Below are positions 1 through 13,782 of a stretch of 64,000 bases of DNA, piece by piece. How positions within the stretch are numbered: position 1 is the stretch's first letter; every line of letters begins with the position of its first letter. Both the position numbers and the translations under genes were made by a program. The notes below the pieces were generated by a model that worked only from the letters and a program-made list of their open reading frames with translations, did not search any database and was not told where the DNA came from. Location of the stretch: contig JALMLS010000092.1 in assembly GCA_038496445.1 (NCBI GenBank), positions 1 to 64,000 of the forward strand, given 5' to 3'. The stretch is from Trichosphaerium sp. ATCC 40318 (Eukaryota; Protista; Tubulinea).

Positions 1-660
1 ATTGGGGAAACTCCAAAGTTGTTACACTCTCGTACTATGTAACCGCGTGGGTTGTGTCACTTGGTGAGCGTGTCCGTAAACGCTATTTGGGGTGTATTGG
101 CTTGGTTCGCGGTAAACCTAGGCAAGAGATCAGAAAAGGCGCGTAGAAATTGCGACATGGCGCTTAGACACATGCATTCGCCTTGTAATAAAAGTATACC
201 TGCTCGTAATCATTCAAGCAGTCTGCAGCTTTAGTTTGCGCGCCAGTATGCTGTGGTTCTTCTACAGCGTACGGTTTCCAAGAGGATAACTGTTGATGCA
301 GTTGTACTACGGATTGCTCGTTAGTAAGCTCATGGTTGCTCATGAGGATATGCTATAAACCGCCTGTCCTTTTTTGGTAACGTTGTTAAGCAAACAGTGG
401 TGTCATATGTGAACTTAAAAAAGAAACCTATTTTAGTCAAACCGCCACACAATGCACCGGTCGATTTCGTTTGGGAGCACGTGTGCCCGTATACAATTCT
501 CATATTAGCGGTACTGGATAGAAGGGTGTAACATAATTATCGCGTAACACAGTTGTGGGGGGTGGAATGTTGTATTTAGCAAAAAAAAAACAACAAGGAA
601 AAATAGTGTTACAACGTGGCCATAAAAATAATCGTGGCACTGGAAGCAAGTACTGACACT

Positions 661-2442
661 CTACTTTGATCTGTAGCACACTCTCTTTACAGCATTGATT
701 ATGTTTTGTGTCTAAAGGGAAGTGTCAACAGAGGATTTGATGGATTGCTTAATTTGTATCAAATGGAGGGTACCTTTGGCATTGCAAGGTCTTCAATAGA
801 CTTGGCATAAGGCATAGGTACATCAGCTCCAGTAATGCGCTCAATTGGGGCGTCTAATTGGTCAAAGCAATCTAATTGAAGCCAATGTTACAACACACCC
901 CTACTAACTTGAAAAAAAACGTACTCTCGTTTATGCGTGCAATAAGTTCAGCGCCAACACCATGTGCAGGAAATCCTTCCTATACAATTTGGGTCAGTGA
1001 CACAAGCGTGAAGTTAGCATATTTCTATACCTCGCATGTGACAACTCTATGTGTCTTGGACACAGAGTTAACGATACCCTCAACATCGAGAGGGCGAATA
1101 GACATCAAGTCCAACACCTCACAAGAGATGCCTTCTTTCTCTAGCTCCTTGGCAGCTTCAAGACAGTCATTCACGATTCTATGTGAACAAAAGTAAGAGG
1201 GGGACCATCTCGGTAAAATAATGTATGCAGTGAACAAAGAGCCACACAACACAACAGAAAACAATATAAAAAGGATGAAGGCACGCACCTGCTAAATCCA
1301 ATGAGTGTTACATCAGTACCCTCACGCTCTACACTGAGTTTTCCAATCGGCAAGACGAACTCTTTGTCCTGTGCCTCTGGGCTCAATTCGAATGAGTAGT
1401 TGTACAACAACTCGGATTCCAAAACCATGACAGGGTTAGGGTCGCGAATAGCAGCCTGAGCAATAACAATGAGAACAAAAAAAGACGTTGCATCATTAGG
1501 AGAAATTGCATTTTTTTTTTTTGTAAACTTTTAGGTTTTTTTTTTCCAAGTGCAAGTGTGTTTGTTTGTTACCTTCAATAATCCCTTCGAGTTGTTGCAG
1601 TTAGAACCAGCAACGACCTTGATACCAGGTACATGTGCCAACCATGCGGCATAACACTGACTGTGTTGTGCACCGGTTGCGGTTGGAGGACCGTTTGGAC
1701 CGCGGAAGGTGATGTCACAAGTTGCCTACGGGACCACGTGTTAATAAAGTTACGCAAAATAACAATAAAATCCCGCAATGCAAAACGGTTTTACGCACCT
1801 TACCACCGCTCATGTAACGTGTCTTGGCGGCTGTGTTGACGATGTGATCGATGGCTTGTGTTGCAAAATTCCAAGTCATAAATTCAATTATTGGCTTTGT
1901 TCCAGCCATGGCTGCACACCGTTAGTAGCCGTTGTGACATAGAATAGCAGCTAAGGTTTTTTTTTACCCTTGTTCCGCTTCCAATTTACAAAAAAACCAA
2001 ATAGTCCGTCGTACCTGCGCCAACACCCAAACCTGCGAAGCCTGATTCTGTAATTGGTGTATCCCAAATACGTTCGTCACCGTACTTTTGCCACAAGCCC
2101 TTGGACACCTTGTATGCACCTACGCTCGTTGTTATTATTTGCGCCTCAATATGCCGTTATTTTACCGTCGTATTGTGCTACTTCTTCACCCATAAGAAAA
2201 ACTCTAGGATCATTTGCTAATTCTTCGTCTAGTGCCTCTCTTAGTGCCTCACGTACTTGCATCTAGTGCGCGTGAGATTACTGAGTATAGTTGAGTTAGA
2301 GCGTACAACTTTTGGTGCAGCACTGTATGTGCGCTTAGCAGTGCGAGTTTGTGACGATAGCGCTGTACGTTGAGCCTAGTGACATACTTACTCCAGTTCT
2401 CAAGATGAGATAATAGTGCCTTACCCTTGCAATACGTATCAT
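661..2442 (-). CDS. PDHB: Pyruvate dehydrogenase E1 beta subunit, mitochondrial (multi-exon)
   Basis: Spliced translation: Arg/Ser-rich leader, then [101 protein letters not shown]. All introns are GT-AG. Confidence 0.97.
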
Positions 2443-2872
2443 GGTGCCTCTTTGTTAGTTTTCAAAACAGAAACTGATTTTTATGCGCACTGGTCACAAT
2501 TCTTCAATAAGCCTCAACCACTCAACGTTACAACAACCAACATGAATAGGACCCACAAAGAGGGTCACAGAGCTGCACCTCTCTTGCCTAATTTTTAACT
2601 TCACGCGTACTGGTAACTTTTGCAGCGTGTAACCATAGTGACTCTTTGCTGTGGCCTATAGCGTTATCGCCACCCAAATACGCTTTGATGGCTGGTTGGT
2701 ATGTGATTGCTGCAGCTAGTTGCAATGACGCAGTTCGCAAGCACAGTAATGCTGTTGTTGATACAATTTTTGATACATTTGGTTTTCTTTTTATAATTCG
2801 AGCTGTTTCATACACTGGAAACGTTATACTGGGTAGTTATTGTACAGGCAAGCATTCTTGACATGCGTCAGA

Positions 2873-3823
2873 TTAGGTTGAAGCATCTTCTGTGGCACGG
2901 TGCGGTAATGCAATTGCATCGTGTTCTAGACGCTGATTGCATTCGTATGCGAGTAAAAAGTATTTGTACAGATCTTTCAGTCGTTCTTGAGCCTCGTAAG
3001 TCAGGTACGTAGCGTGTGGCACTGCATCGCAAACGCTGTGATAAACATCGTTCCAAGCCATCACGTGATTTACCTATAATCAAAAGATGTTTCAGCACTG
3101 GGGATGTACGAAAAGAGGTATTTGCACGTGAATGCACACGCAAGTAAAAATATGAGGTGTGGTCTCTTTGCAACACACGCACGCGTAGAAAACCCCCACG
3201 TGATATCACTTCACTGTACAGCAAATATAAATTAATGTTGTTGTCCGCCACTGAAAAGCAACCAGTTGGCAAATCGTCCAATTCCACCTTTTGACACACA
3301 GTGTTAGCTGGTTTTTTTGATAACTTTTATTTTTTCAACACCTAAAAAATAAATACCTTTCTGTTTGTTTCCATAAAGCGTGTATACTCTCGCCAAAATG
3401 TTGTGGAGTCCTATTAACGGTTTTTAAGTCTAATGGGTGTACAACTAATAGAATTAAGAACCTGAAAAAATAGAAGCGTCTTTTGCGCTTCCTTCTTCAT
3501 TTTTTGCATGCGATCGGCCAGTGCTCGTACTTTTTGCGAGTATTCAGTTGTTTCGCGCTTAAAAGCTGAAATTTACGGTGAATTAACGTCCTACATCTGA
3601 AAATACGAGTTACCTTCAATATTATCAAGCATGGACGGTTTTTCAGGTGCACTTTCAACCGACGCATTTGAAGCGCCAGATTTCGCGTCGTCAGCGCCTT
3701 CCTTTGCGATTTTTTGCCGTTTGGCCGGTTTACTTGTCGAACTGCGTGTACTACGCGTGGAAACTAATCAACGTGAGCCGCAACAGGAGCACAGTAAAGA
3801 AAATAACCTTTTCTCTTGCTCAT
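2873..3823 (-). CDS. ARID/BRIGHT DNA-binding domain protein
   Basis: Spliced FWREYTRFMETNRK...INLYLLYSEVISRGGFLRVNHVMAWNDVY...RLKDLYKYFLLAYE matches the ARID helix pattern. The N-terminus is basic and NLS-like. Confidence 0.8.
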
Positions 3824-4066
3824 AGAGCCATCAATCTAAAAGTGTGGCCACGGAGGTAACTTGAGCAAAAAACTTTAAGTGAGGTGTCAGGCCTAAACAG
3901 AAAACAACCAAACACATGTTAACATACAATTTTAATAACAATATACACTTAGGTACACGTAAAGAAAGTTGGTACAGAGCTTTTTTGGCCTAGTGCCACA
4001 AAAATAGGATAATTGATTGGTGGTTGTTCTTTTTTGCTTTGTCTGCAAATCAAAAAAACAAAAGAG

Positions 4067-5894
4067 TTAGACTGTAGCCCTAACATCAGCACGGTCGCCT
4101 CTCGTAGTCTCTGGCGTGAGCGCTCGCAAAAAGTGTTCTTTGGAGCAAGCGTTTTTCACAAATGGGTGCTAATAATAATAAATGTCAGATACTTGACAGC
4201 TTGTACTATGTATGGAAAGGCTATATATGACACGCACTGAAAGCAATTGATGGGCATCTGGTCTTCGCATTGGGTGCTTCATTAAGCAGTAGTTCTTAAA
4301 TTCCTTGAATTCGTAGCTCCAATACCCCTCGTTAGAGAGTGGAGGTATGCCGTGTATATTCATCAATGTCATAGCACGCATAGGTGCTGATTTAAAGTAC
4401 GGAGGTTCTCCTAAAGTACCAAAGTGTGAGGGACTTACTTTGAGGTTGTTGACAAAAAAAAACAGAAGCAACAAGCCAGCAAGGGTACCTTCTGCCATTT
4501 CGAAGCAAACAATACCGAGACTCCATATATCAACTTTGACGCCATAACCAGCAGGACTCCCCAAAATTTCTGGAGCCATCCAATACGGCGTGCCAACAAC
4601 CGTTTGCCGCTTTTGTTTTTTCTTGGTAAGTTGTGCTGCGAATCCAAAGTCGGCTATTGCGAAAAACCTTGGTCAGATTTTGATAGGCGAAGTCTTTGAG
4701 ATAGATTGTTTAAAACGTACTTATTTTGACGTTGCCGTAAGCGTCAATGAGTATATTATCGCTTTTAACGTCCCTGTGTATCCTTCCCTTTGAATGTAGA
4801 AATTCCAGAGCCTTCAGTATCGACAAACAAACGTGTGCAATAGCGCGTTCTACACAACGGGAATTAGGGCAATGCTACATGCTAGCACTTTATGTTGCGC
4901 ACCATCAAATACAATGCCGTCTGCCAAAAACTCAAACAAAGCGCCTTTTTCCATCCACTCCATCACGACCTACCATCTGCTGTTAGTACAGTGTTTGCTT
5001 CACTTATTTTAGTTCTCCAGTTGTCCATAGTGCCGTACCCATAGTTCGTCGGTGACAATGAAGCTGTCGAGGTAGGTGACAACGTTGTTGTGTCGCTTTG
5101 ACTTTTTCATAACCTGGATCTCGTTTTTCATCATTTGTGGCGTTATAACATTTTCCTTTAGCTTCATGCGCTTTATGCATACCATCTTTTTGGCCTTTTT
5201 GTGAAGAGCTGAAAATATGGTGCCAGACGTACTAAAATAATCATAATGAGCTTTCTCAGGTTGCAATGCGTGTGAGGCGTTTTATTACATTGTTGACGAA
5301 AATGGTTGTTCGGAAATGGATTGTTGTTCGTTTTTTGAAATGAAAAAACCCAAAAAAAACTAAAATAAATAAAATGTCGTACCCATGCTCTATTTGTCTT
5401 AATTGCGTGTATTCATCGGCATGACGGTGAGCATTGTCAGATACAACATCGAACAAAGATTTTTGTGATTGCTTTTTAGGTAGTTTCATCGCGCAGGCTC
5501 TTGTTTGTAGAATAGGTTTCTGTCTTATTGATTGGCGGTGCGTACTCGCAATTCTATCCTACACCAAATTCGTTTAGCTAAACCGATACGAACAATCGCG
5601 TAATGAATAGCTTTTTTGCGTACCCGTCGTGTGGTTTTGGTGAGTTTTTTTTCTGTGCCTCTGTTGTTCGTTGGGCGGTTTAGATCGCTCATTGAACCAG
5701 TCACACGTAGGCGCGATCCAGAGGAGGGGTGCGTAACTTGTTTGTGGTGGGTAACGTGCATTTTTGGTTGGTATCTTTCCGGATACAGGTGTGGGGTGAT
5801 AGTGTTTACTCGTTGTAACGCGAGGTTGGTTTATCAAGGAAGAGCGGACAGTTAAGTGAGTTTTAATTTGTGGTGTAGCAATTTGAGTTTTCAT
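4067..5894 (-). CDS. STE20/PAK-family Ser/Thr kinase (start uncertain)
   Basis: [72 protein letters not shown]. Confidence 0.93.
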
Positions 5895-5948
5895 CGCAGT
5901 ATAAACTGTTACCCAAGCGTAATATTGGCAAATCGAACAGGAGCATGC

Positions 5949-8900
5949 ATGAGTGAAGAACAGGAGCGTTTAGACGGATCACCTCGCAAATTGGTTGCTG
6001 CGGTGGCAGTAGCAGGTACGCGCGCACTTTGGGTAATTAAAAGAGGGTTGTTGTGACAAAATTAGAGTTCGACATTAATGAAGGCAATACAATATCTAGC
6101 AGCTACCCTGACAACGTACGTAATGTTCCTATACCGTTAACACAGTATCTTACAGCCTTTTTTGACGGTATTTGCTGTAGTTCGACTTCCTTGGTTACTC
6201 CATTAATTATATAGCCGATCTTTGTCTCCCAGATAGGGTACAGTGTTTCCTCTACGCGCAACCAAGTTGATTTCCCATTATTTTGTGTTTTCGCTGTTTC
6301 AGGCCATTTATTCGCGGATCAATGGTAGTGAAACGCTGACGGGTTGTACTGTTAGGGCCACTTACTGAAAGAAGATGGAACAATGCTATTCTTGCCGCCC
6401 CAAAACAATCCACAAGGCAAACCAGCGCTGTATGGTATAGCGCTCTTTAGAAACAAATCGGACGCAACAGTGAAGCGTGGTGCTATCCAAAAGAGTCTTG
6501 GTATGCATCAGTCAAAGTGTCATTGTGTACACTCATTTTTATTTTCATAGTTATATTTGGACGCGAACCCTATTTTGATGTGTTTGGCCCTATTGGTCGC
6601 GAGGCTGTAAAACAATACATTGTACGCATATGATGTGTTTGTCATTTAACCATTATTGGTGTTGACACGTGCCCAGGACAATCCTGATCCCAATATCCTG
6701 CAAGAGGTCTACGATAGCCTCAACTCAGGCTGGATATCCGGCAAAACTACCGTCACATTTCGAGAGCAGCAATTCAAAGTGGATGTACCAACATTGGAGG
6801 TGAATGTATACCCCGGCGCGTCATTAGTTAGTATTATTACACAATTCGGTCCTGATACAATGCACCTGTGGTATTCAGTGTTATTGGGTTACAGGTAATT
6901 TTATTTCGTCAGTACTTTTGTAAGAAAGGAATTCTAATTGTTGTCTTAAAGAATCCTTTTCGTTGGTGCACCTGCGGCTGCAATATGTGCGATGGCTATA
7001 GCTTGTCCGTTATTTGTGCATCCTCTGCAAGGTACTGTCAAGCATTACACTCGGGTGGTAGTTAACTGTTGTTGTTGCAATAGGTGTTGGCGACAAAATT
7101 AGACCGTATGTTGCATTGACAAGCGCTGAGATCATGCTTATACCAGGAACAATCTCGTCCACCACAAACTTACTTTTCGAATCAAAACCACAGTGGTACG
7201 ACACCTGTGCATCCTTCAATACAGGTATTATTGTAAAGGGAGAAAAGACATTAAGCAGTCAAGCCAAAAAGTTCATTACGAACATCATAAAGTGCCTGGA
7301 AGAGAGGGATTGGAAAACATCCGATAAAAAGGAGGAATGGTGCGTATCTCTCGCTTGCATTTTGGTTTGGTATCTATTTTGTTGGTTAACATGTTGTTTC
7401 TATTGGTGCAGGGTGAGACAACAGTTTGTTACGTATACGCGTAGATTTTTGTCGGGCGTGGAATCACTAGAATTTGATGACATGTTGCACAAGCAATTGG
7501 CCACTGTATTTAGAGGAGGGCCTCTATACGCCAAGTACGTATCCTTATACAACCGCGCTCTTTGTGTAATTGTGTGCTCATGTTCGCCTCAAAAGATGGC
7601 AAGAGAGAAGAGGCAAGCAACAGACTGCTCCAGATCAAGCAAAGGCCACTAAAGCGCTAGGCATGCTTGGCACCCTATCACAGAACCCTGAAATGAAATT
7701 AAGTAAAATGCAGGTCCTCACCTGTATGTTGGATATACAGCGTGCCTTGAAAGATTTAGAAACGGCTGATGAGGTACGATACCCACACGCACACTCAACG
7801 CTTTTTTTTTCCCTTCTAACTTATTTTCTAGCTTGTAGAGCAGGGCGTTGTGGTTACCATTTGTCACATGCTGGGAAACCAAGGTTCAGGCGTACGCAAG
7901 TATTCTTGCGAGATACTAGGCCAGTTGGTGGATAGCACAAACGGCATGTTTCATATTATTGCTGGTAGTGTTGTACCACAAGTCAGCAAGCTCCTAGACG
8001 TACGTTTGAACTCGTATTCTCTTTTGGTTTTATCGACTAGAGCCATGCTTTCCCTAACAGGTGTGGTTATAGGACCACATGCCCAACGTGAGACAGGCAG
8101 CTGCACAAACTTTGACAAAATTTGCAACGTCGTATTGTGGATTTTATGCGATGCGTGAAAACAACTTGCAAAACACATTGACAGATATATTATTGTCTGA
8201 GTCTGGTTTGAATCTGAAGCGCCATGCTGCTTCAGCCTTATTGGAGGTACGAACCCGCCTTTTTGACATCGTGTGCCTTTTGTTGTAGATAGATACTCAA
8301 CCATGAGCTTTAGATGGTATCTATGGGACAGTGCGCAGTTCAGAGGCTAGATGAGCTGCGTGGGTTTGTAAAGCGGAGTACTCTCGATTACGATTTCGAG
8401 GGGAATTTGTACATGATATTTGATGCCATAGGCGATCCTTTGAATTGCCTTCCTGTCAGTGAGGCTACATCGAAACTACTTGGCGTGCGTAATTCTTGCA
8501 ATTATTGGCAATTACATTGACGCTGGCGCAATAGGCCCTGCGTAAAAGTGACGGATCGCGAAATGAAGTCGCAGACAGCTTACTAGGATGTACGCTTCCG
8601 TATTGTTGTTTTTTTTTTGATTTGCAAACAAAATCTGACCTTTGTTGCACTAGCCATGAAGACAGACAATCGAATAGTATTAGAAGTCGTTGGTGGCGGA
8701 GGTGTTCAGACCTTGTTGGCTAGTATTCAAGAAGCTGGGCCAGAAGATGCGCTCAGTCGCACTTGCTTTCAAGTACAACCATTTCTTTACATTATTGTCA
8801 ATTTGTTTACTGTGTATTGTAGGCTATTGCATTGATTGCTGATGTTTGTATTGGGAGAAAGAGTTTATTAGGCAACAAGGTAATTGAGAAGACGCTAGCT

Positions 8901-9593
8901 AGAATAGAGGAGGCTAGTGCACGGCCGTTATTCTTGTACGTTGTTATTGCATTGATCGGTACTGGTTTTGATAGTTTTCTGAAACTTGTTTTGTTTTTCA
9001 GGTATTACATTGTACGCTTCCTCCACATATGTGCACAACATCAAGAAACTGCACAGTGCTTTGCTGACTTGAACGGTATTTCTTACCTGGTACCAGTAAT
9101 CAAACGATATTATAGACAAGAAATTGTCAATACAGTATGTGTGCCATGTCTTGGCACAATCAAAGAAATACTCACCAGTGATTCCTGCTTATATCCGCCC
9201 AAAACACACATTACTGTTGTGTTGGAGCCTTTAAAGGGTTTACATGATTGGATACAAGAGGATATAAACAGTAGATGTCCTAATCAGGTACCGTTGGTGT
9301 CTTCCAATATACTTTTGTCTGACTGCGTGTACAATAGGAAATATGGGACTTATTGGACAGTGTAGTCACCCTGTGCTATGACAATACTAAAGCCACTACA
9401 GAGGTATGTAAAAACGGTATGGTTCGTTAGTGCTAATTTTAATTAAAAGACTGCAGACTTGCTTGCCAAACTGCAAACAACGTCACCTGTTGTTGCGCCC
9501 AAAACAAATAAACAGAACAAGCAAACATTTACAGACATCAACAACATTGTAAATGATTTGTTGAATGATGCAGAGGGAGTAACAGACATATAA
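5949..9593 (+). CDS. Afi1/MesA-type DENN-like domain protein with C-terminal ARM/HEAT repeats
   Basis: Spliced AEFDINEGNTISSSYP...IADLCLPDRGH, LYGIALFRNKSDATVKRGAIQKSL, RILFVGAPAA, RPYVALT (Afi1/SPA pattern). ARM-like repeats follow (VVPQVSKLLDDHMPNVRQAAAQTL). Confidence 0.8.
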
Positions 9594-9766
9594 CATTGTA
9601 AATCATATAAATACGTTGTATATTGTAGTTTATTGGTACCCCAATATTCAAAATGTTACATATATCAATTGGGCGAGTGGTGTAATTGGTATCACACGCC
9701 CTTAGCATGGGCGAGGTACCGGGATCGAAGCCCGGCTTGTCCAACCATCTTTTTACATTTTTTTTA
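9498..9766 (+). repeat. Left arm of a ~270-bp inverted duplication (last ~31 codons of the DENN-ARM gene, 3' flank, tRNA-Ala, T-tract)
   Basis: Reverse complement of 14881-15150, with only about 2 substitutions plus T-run length differences. Confidence 0.97.
9671..9743 (+). tRNA. tRNA-Ala(AGC)
   Basis: Cloverleaf with GGGCGAG/CTTGTCC acceptor stem including G3:U70, anticodon arm CGCCC-TTAGCAT-GGGCG and ATCGAAG T-loop. A T-run terminator follows. Confidence 0.97.
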
Positions 9767-10418
9767 CTTTAGTGGTGTTTTGCAATCCTTTTTAATACTG
9801 TACATTTTTGCTTTAATACAGTTTATCAGACTTTTATGGTATTTTGAGTGGCAAAAACAAAGCTTTGTTCAAATCCTTAGTTAGTTTCAATTCAGTGTCA
9901 GATAAAATATTGTCCATTTCAGTCAAGTTGGTCAAAATTTAACTGGTTGTGCATGAAAGTTAATTATCTGGCAAAAATTTCTATGCTAACCAGTGCTTGT
10001 AATTAATTGACAAAAATATTCAAATTTCAAGATGATGCAGAAGCCAAGAGAACACTTTCAAGAAAAAAAACCCTCCACATATACAAAATAAGAAATTTAT
10101 TTTAACTCTTTTAAACAGTGGTGGAATCAAACAAAATACCTGTGCCTAAATGGTGCCATTTGCATGGAAAATAAATGTGCCCAAAATGTGTAATTTGTGT
10201 CCAATTCCACCACTGAAAGACAAAATCTGCACCTTCAACAATGCCAACTGCTCATGTAATGCTTGTGCTTGGTATTCACGTTGTTTTATTAATTCAGCGT
10301 GAACATGGTGTTTTTGCCAGCGAAAGAACCCACAAGTGTGCCACATGAACAATTGTAGTACCACTTTCCTGGGTTTTTTCCACTGTTACTAAGCTTTGCA
10401 ACAGTACTGGAATCGGGA

Positions 10419-10610
10419 TTTTGACCCGTACTAAACCCGTACAGAACCCGTACTTTTGACCCGTACTTAACCCGTACGGGTTCCGTACTTTTGACCCGTA
10501 CTAAACCCGTACGGAACCCGTACTTTTGACCCGTACTTAACCCGTACGGGTTCTGTATTGTTGACCTGTACTCTACCCGTACGGGTTACGTACGGGATCC
10601 GTACGGGTAG
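10419..10610 (+). repeat. Tandem 35-bp array (TTTTGACCCGTAC-TAAACCCGTAC-GGAACCCGTAC), left subterminal
   Basis: ACCCGTAC periodicity is directly visible, with internal CCGTACGG palindromes. Confidence 0.95.
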
Positions 10611-11273
10611 AGTACAATTAAATAATATGAAAAATTGGATACAGAATATACTCCTCTTTTTCCATACAATGTATGTGTACACATATATCACATGTGTGCC
10701 AAAACCACAACCATCAGTATACACTTGCAATCAAAAAAAAAATTTGGCCATCAAATTTTGTTTGGATTTGGCGATCAAAAAATCCAAAAAAAAATTACTG
10801 CAATTAAATGGCAGCTTGTAATCGTAAGGTACAAAAACATGTATTATTAATAGATGAGGGTGTTTTAAGGTTATTAGGGCATTTACTTAAAAAGTAGAGG
10901 AGAAAACTTAATAAAGTGCAAAATGTAGCTTTTTGCTGAATTTTGTTGTTTTATTGAATAACTTTGGTCTGACTGTACAAACTGCTCAGAAAATGTAGCA
11001 TTAGGTATATTTAGGTACAATGCATGGTTTCATGATGGTTTGGGGATCAACTCACCATTTTTAGGCAAAAACGACAGAAAATATGTATTTGGAGTAGTTT
11101 AAGGATATTATGGCCTAATAGCTCTATTAAACCACTTTTTAAAGGCGATTATGGGTTTCAAGCATTTTTCTGAAGTAGTCGTTAAGTTGTGGATATTAAG
11201 TTGGGTTTTAGGACAATTAAGGCATGATGTCTAAAATATCTCCTCAAACAGGTCAAAAACATGGTCGTTTAGT

Positions 11274-11338
11274 GGTAATGGGGTTGTAATGTAATGTAAT
11301 GTATTGTAATGTGTTGTAATGTAAATGTACTTGTAATA
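11274..11338 (+). repeat. (GTAAT)n degenerate microsatellite inside the element
   Basis: gtaatgtaatgtaatgtattgtaatg. Also present in the other two copies. Confidence 0.85.
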
Positions 11339-11408
11339 GTTAAGAAAACAATAAACCAATCCATCGTTTTTACTATTTTGTGTACACAATTATAACTGCT
11401 GACACATA

Positions 11409-11655
11409 TTTTGACCCGTACCTAACCCGTACGGGTTCCGTACTTTTGACCCGTACAAAACCCGTACGGAACCTGTACTTTTGACCCGTACTCAACCCGT
11501 ACGGAACCCGTACTTTTGACCCGTACTCAACCCGTACGGGTTCCGTACTTTTGACCCGGATTAAACCCGTACGTAACCCGTACTTTCGACCCGTACAAAA
11601 CCCGTACGGAATCCGTACTTTTTGACCCGTACTCTACCCATACATTATCCGTACT
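11409..11655 (+). repeat. Tandem 35-bp array, right subterminal (about 6-7 units)
   Basis: Same unit and same orientation as the left array. Confidence 0.95.
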
Positions 11656-12041
11656 CCCGATTTTACTACTGAACAAGTGTTAGCCCATAATAACATGTTC
11701 ACTTTTTGGTGCTTTAATGAATATAGCCACTAATAAAGGTAAGTTTAAAGTAGCATATTCAATGCACCTAATTCGTTTGTAGGGTACAGCAATGGCGTAG
11801 TATTGACCAAAAATAGTGTGTTAGCATCTGCAGGATATAGTGATGGCTTTGTGGTGTGCACATTAACTGGTGATGAGATTTGTGGCATTTTGGTGAGTTT
11901 GGGTTTTTATACAACCTTTTTAGCATGTATCAATAATTTACTGATGTATTTTGCAGGTTGTGGTAAAAGTGGTGTTGATTTTCTTTTGTGTGTCTTAAAG
12001 TCACTTGCCTTTGCTGGACAATAGTTTGATAGCATAAAAGA

Positions 12042-13094
12042 CAGTAGTAAAATCGAAAGTACGTGTGAAGTACGTATATTGTACGTGTGAAAAGTACGTG
12101 CCACGTACGTATATTGTACGTGTCAAAAGTTGGAATTTTGCCTCGTTTTGAACAAAAAATACTAAAAACGATGGATTGGTTTATTGGTAATTACAACTAC
12201 ATATACATTACAATACATTACAATACACTACATACAATACATTACAATACATTACAATACATTACCACTAAACGACCATGTTTCTGGAGATATTTCTATC
12301 ATCATGCCTTACCGACCTACAACTGCAACTTAACCACCACAACTTAATGACTATTTCAGAAAAATGCTTGAAACCCATAATCGCCTTTAAAAAGTGGTTT
12401 AATAGAGCTATTAAGCCATAATATCCTTAAACTACTCCAAATACATATTTTCTGTCGTTTTTGCCTAAAAATGGTGAATTGATCTCCAAACCACCATGGA
12501 ACCATGCATCGTACCTAAATATACCTAATGCTACATTTTCTGAGCAGTTCATACAGTCAGACCAAAGTTATTCAATAAAACAACAAAATTCAGCAAAAAG
12601 CTACATTTTGCACTTTATTAAGTTTTCTCCTCTACTTTTAAGTAATGCCCTAATAACCTTAAACACCCTCATCTATTAATAATACATGTTTTTGTACCTT
12701 ACGATTACAAGCTGCCATTTAATTGCAGTAATTTTTTTGGATTTTTTGATCGCCAAATCCAAACAAAATTTGATGGCCAAATTTTTTTTTGATTGCAAGT
12801 GTATACTGATGGTTGTGGTTTTGGCACACATGTGATATATGTGTACACATACATTGTATGGAAAAAAAGAGGAGTATGTTCTGTATCCAATTACAATTTT
12901 TCATATTATTTAATTGTACTCTACCTGTACGGATCCCGTACATAACCCGTACAGGTAGAGTACGGGTCAACAATACGAAACCTGTACGGGTTAAGTACAG
13001 GTCAAAAGTACAGGTCACATACGGGTTTTGTACAGGTCAAAAGTACAGGTTCCGTACAGGTTTAGTACGGGTCAAAATCCCGATTCCAATACTG
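12042..13094 (-). mobile_element. TIR element copy 2, inverted (tail-to-tail with copy 1)
   Basis: Ends CAGTAGTAAAATCG (12042) and CCCGATTCCAATACTG (13094). 12160-13094 aligns to the reverse complement of 10402-11373. Its right end carries GTACGTGT/GTACGTAT repeats instead of CCCGTAC repeats. Confidence 0.85.
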
Positions 13095-13379
13095 TTATAT
13101 CAACAAACAGTTAAAATTACTAACCCCACCTATATGTAGGTCAAGTAGGCAAAGACACAACTATTATTCAGATGATGAAAGCTCAGAAGAATGGGATGAA
13201 GATCTTTATTTTGAACTATGAAAATATAATATGTAATAAACAGCACAGTGGTTATTGTCGTCCACAGCACAATAAACCCACCTTTTTATAAAAAAAAAAA
13301 AGTGTGATTGCATGGAAAATAAACATGCCCAAAATGTGTGATTTGCATGTTGTCCAATTCCACCACTGCTATTGATAAG

Positions 13380-13760
13380 GTTTAAACAATAATTGATATT
13401 TTTGGTGGAAGAAAAAGTAAGCAATGCATCATCTGCAAACAAAATTTGTTTTAAAAGTAGAAATGTAGCTTTGGCTCTGATAACATCTTGTCATTGGTTT
13501 ATCCTACAATTAAAAGGTTTCAACATGATGGCAAAAAGAGTTGGGGAAAGAGGGTTGCCTCACTCAACTTTGAACATTTTGTTGGAAACAACTCCATTGA
13601 TACAAATAGCTACTTGTATTTGAAGCTGTTTCACAAGGGCAACAGCAACAGTCGTGGGTACTCCAATGTGGATGAGAAGCTTAACTAAAATATTGTGAGC
13701 ACAAAGGCTTTTGTTGCCAAGAGACTAAGAGACAATGGTGTGCTTTTACAATTTCCAAAG
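13380..13760 (-). pseudogene. Degraded non-LTR (L1/Tx1-like) reverse transcriptase fragment
   Basis: Minus strand reads SLLATKAF/frameshift/HNILVKLLIHIGVP...VAICINGVVSNKMFKVE*GNPLSPTLFAIMLKP...INQ*QDV...KQILFADDALL. These are the KAF(D), (RQ)GxPLSP and FADD motifs. Confidence 0.88.
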
Positions 13761-13782
13761 TGGCTATCTGATTGTCAACATA

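Larger units (their letters stand above)
10402..11671 (+). mobile_element. Non-autonomous TIR DNA element (copy 1, ~1.27 kb) with 35-bp subterminal arrays
   Basis: Imperfect 17-bp TIRs CAGTACTGGAATCGGGA / TCCCGATTTTACTACTG. No ORF and no TSD found. Related copies at 12042-13094 and 13783-14377. Confidence 0.8.

Noticed and set aside
1-345. Possible minus-strand gene start at the window edge, perhaps with a GC donor
   Set aside because: No recognisable domain and several incompatible splice models, so it cannot be supported.
7535-7594. GTATCCTT as a U12-type donor
   Set aside because: Only the overlapping GTACGT U2 donor gives the correct phase (YAKWQ).
10419-11655. 35-bp periodic arrays as a CRISPR array
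   Set aside because: The units are contiguous with no unique spacers, there are no cas genes, and the context is eukaryotic.
10467-13139. ORF-track ORFs over the repeat elements
   Set aside because: They are translations of tandem repeats on both strands with no domain signal.
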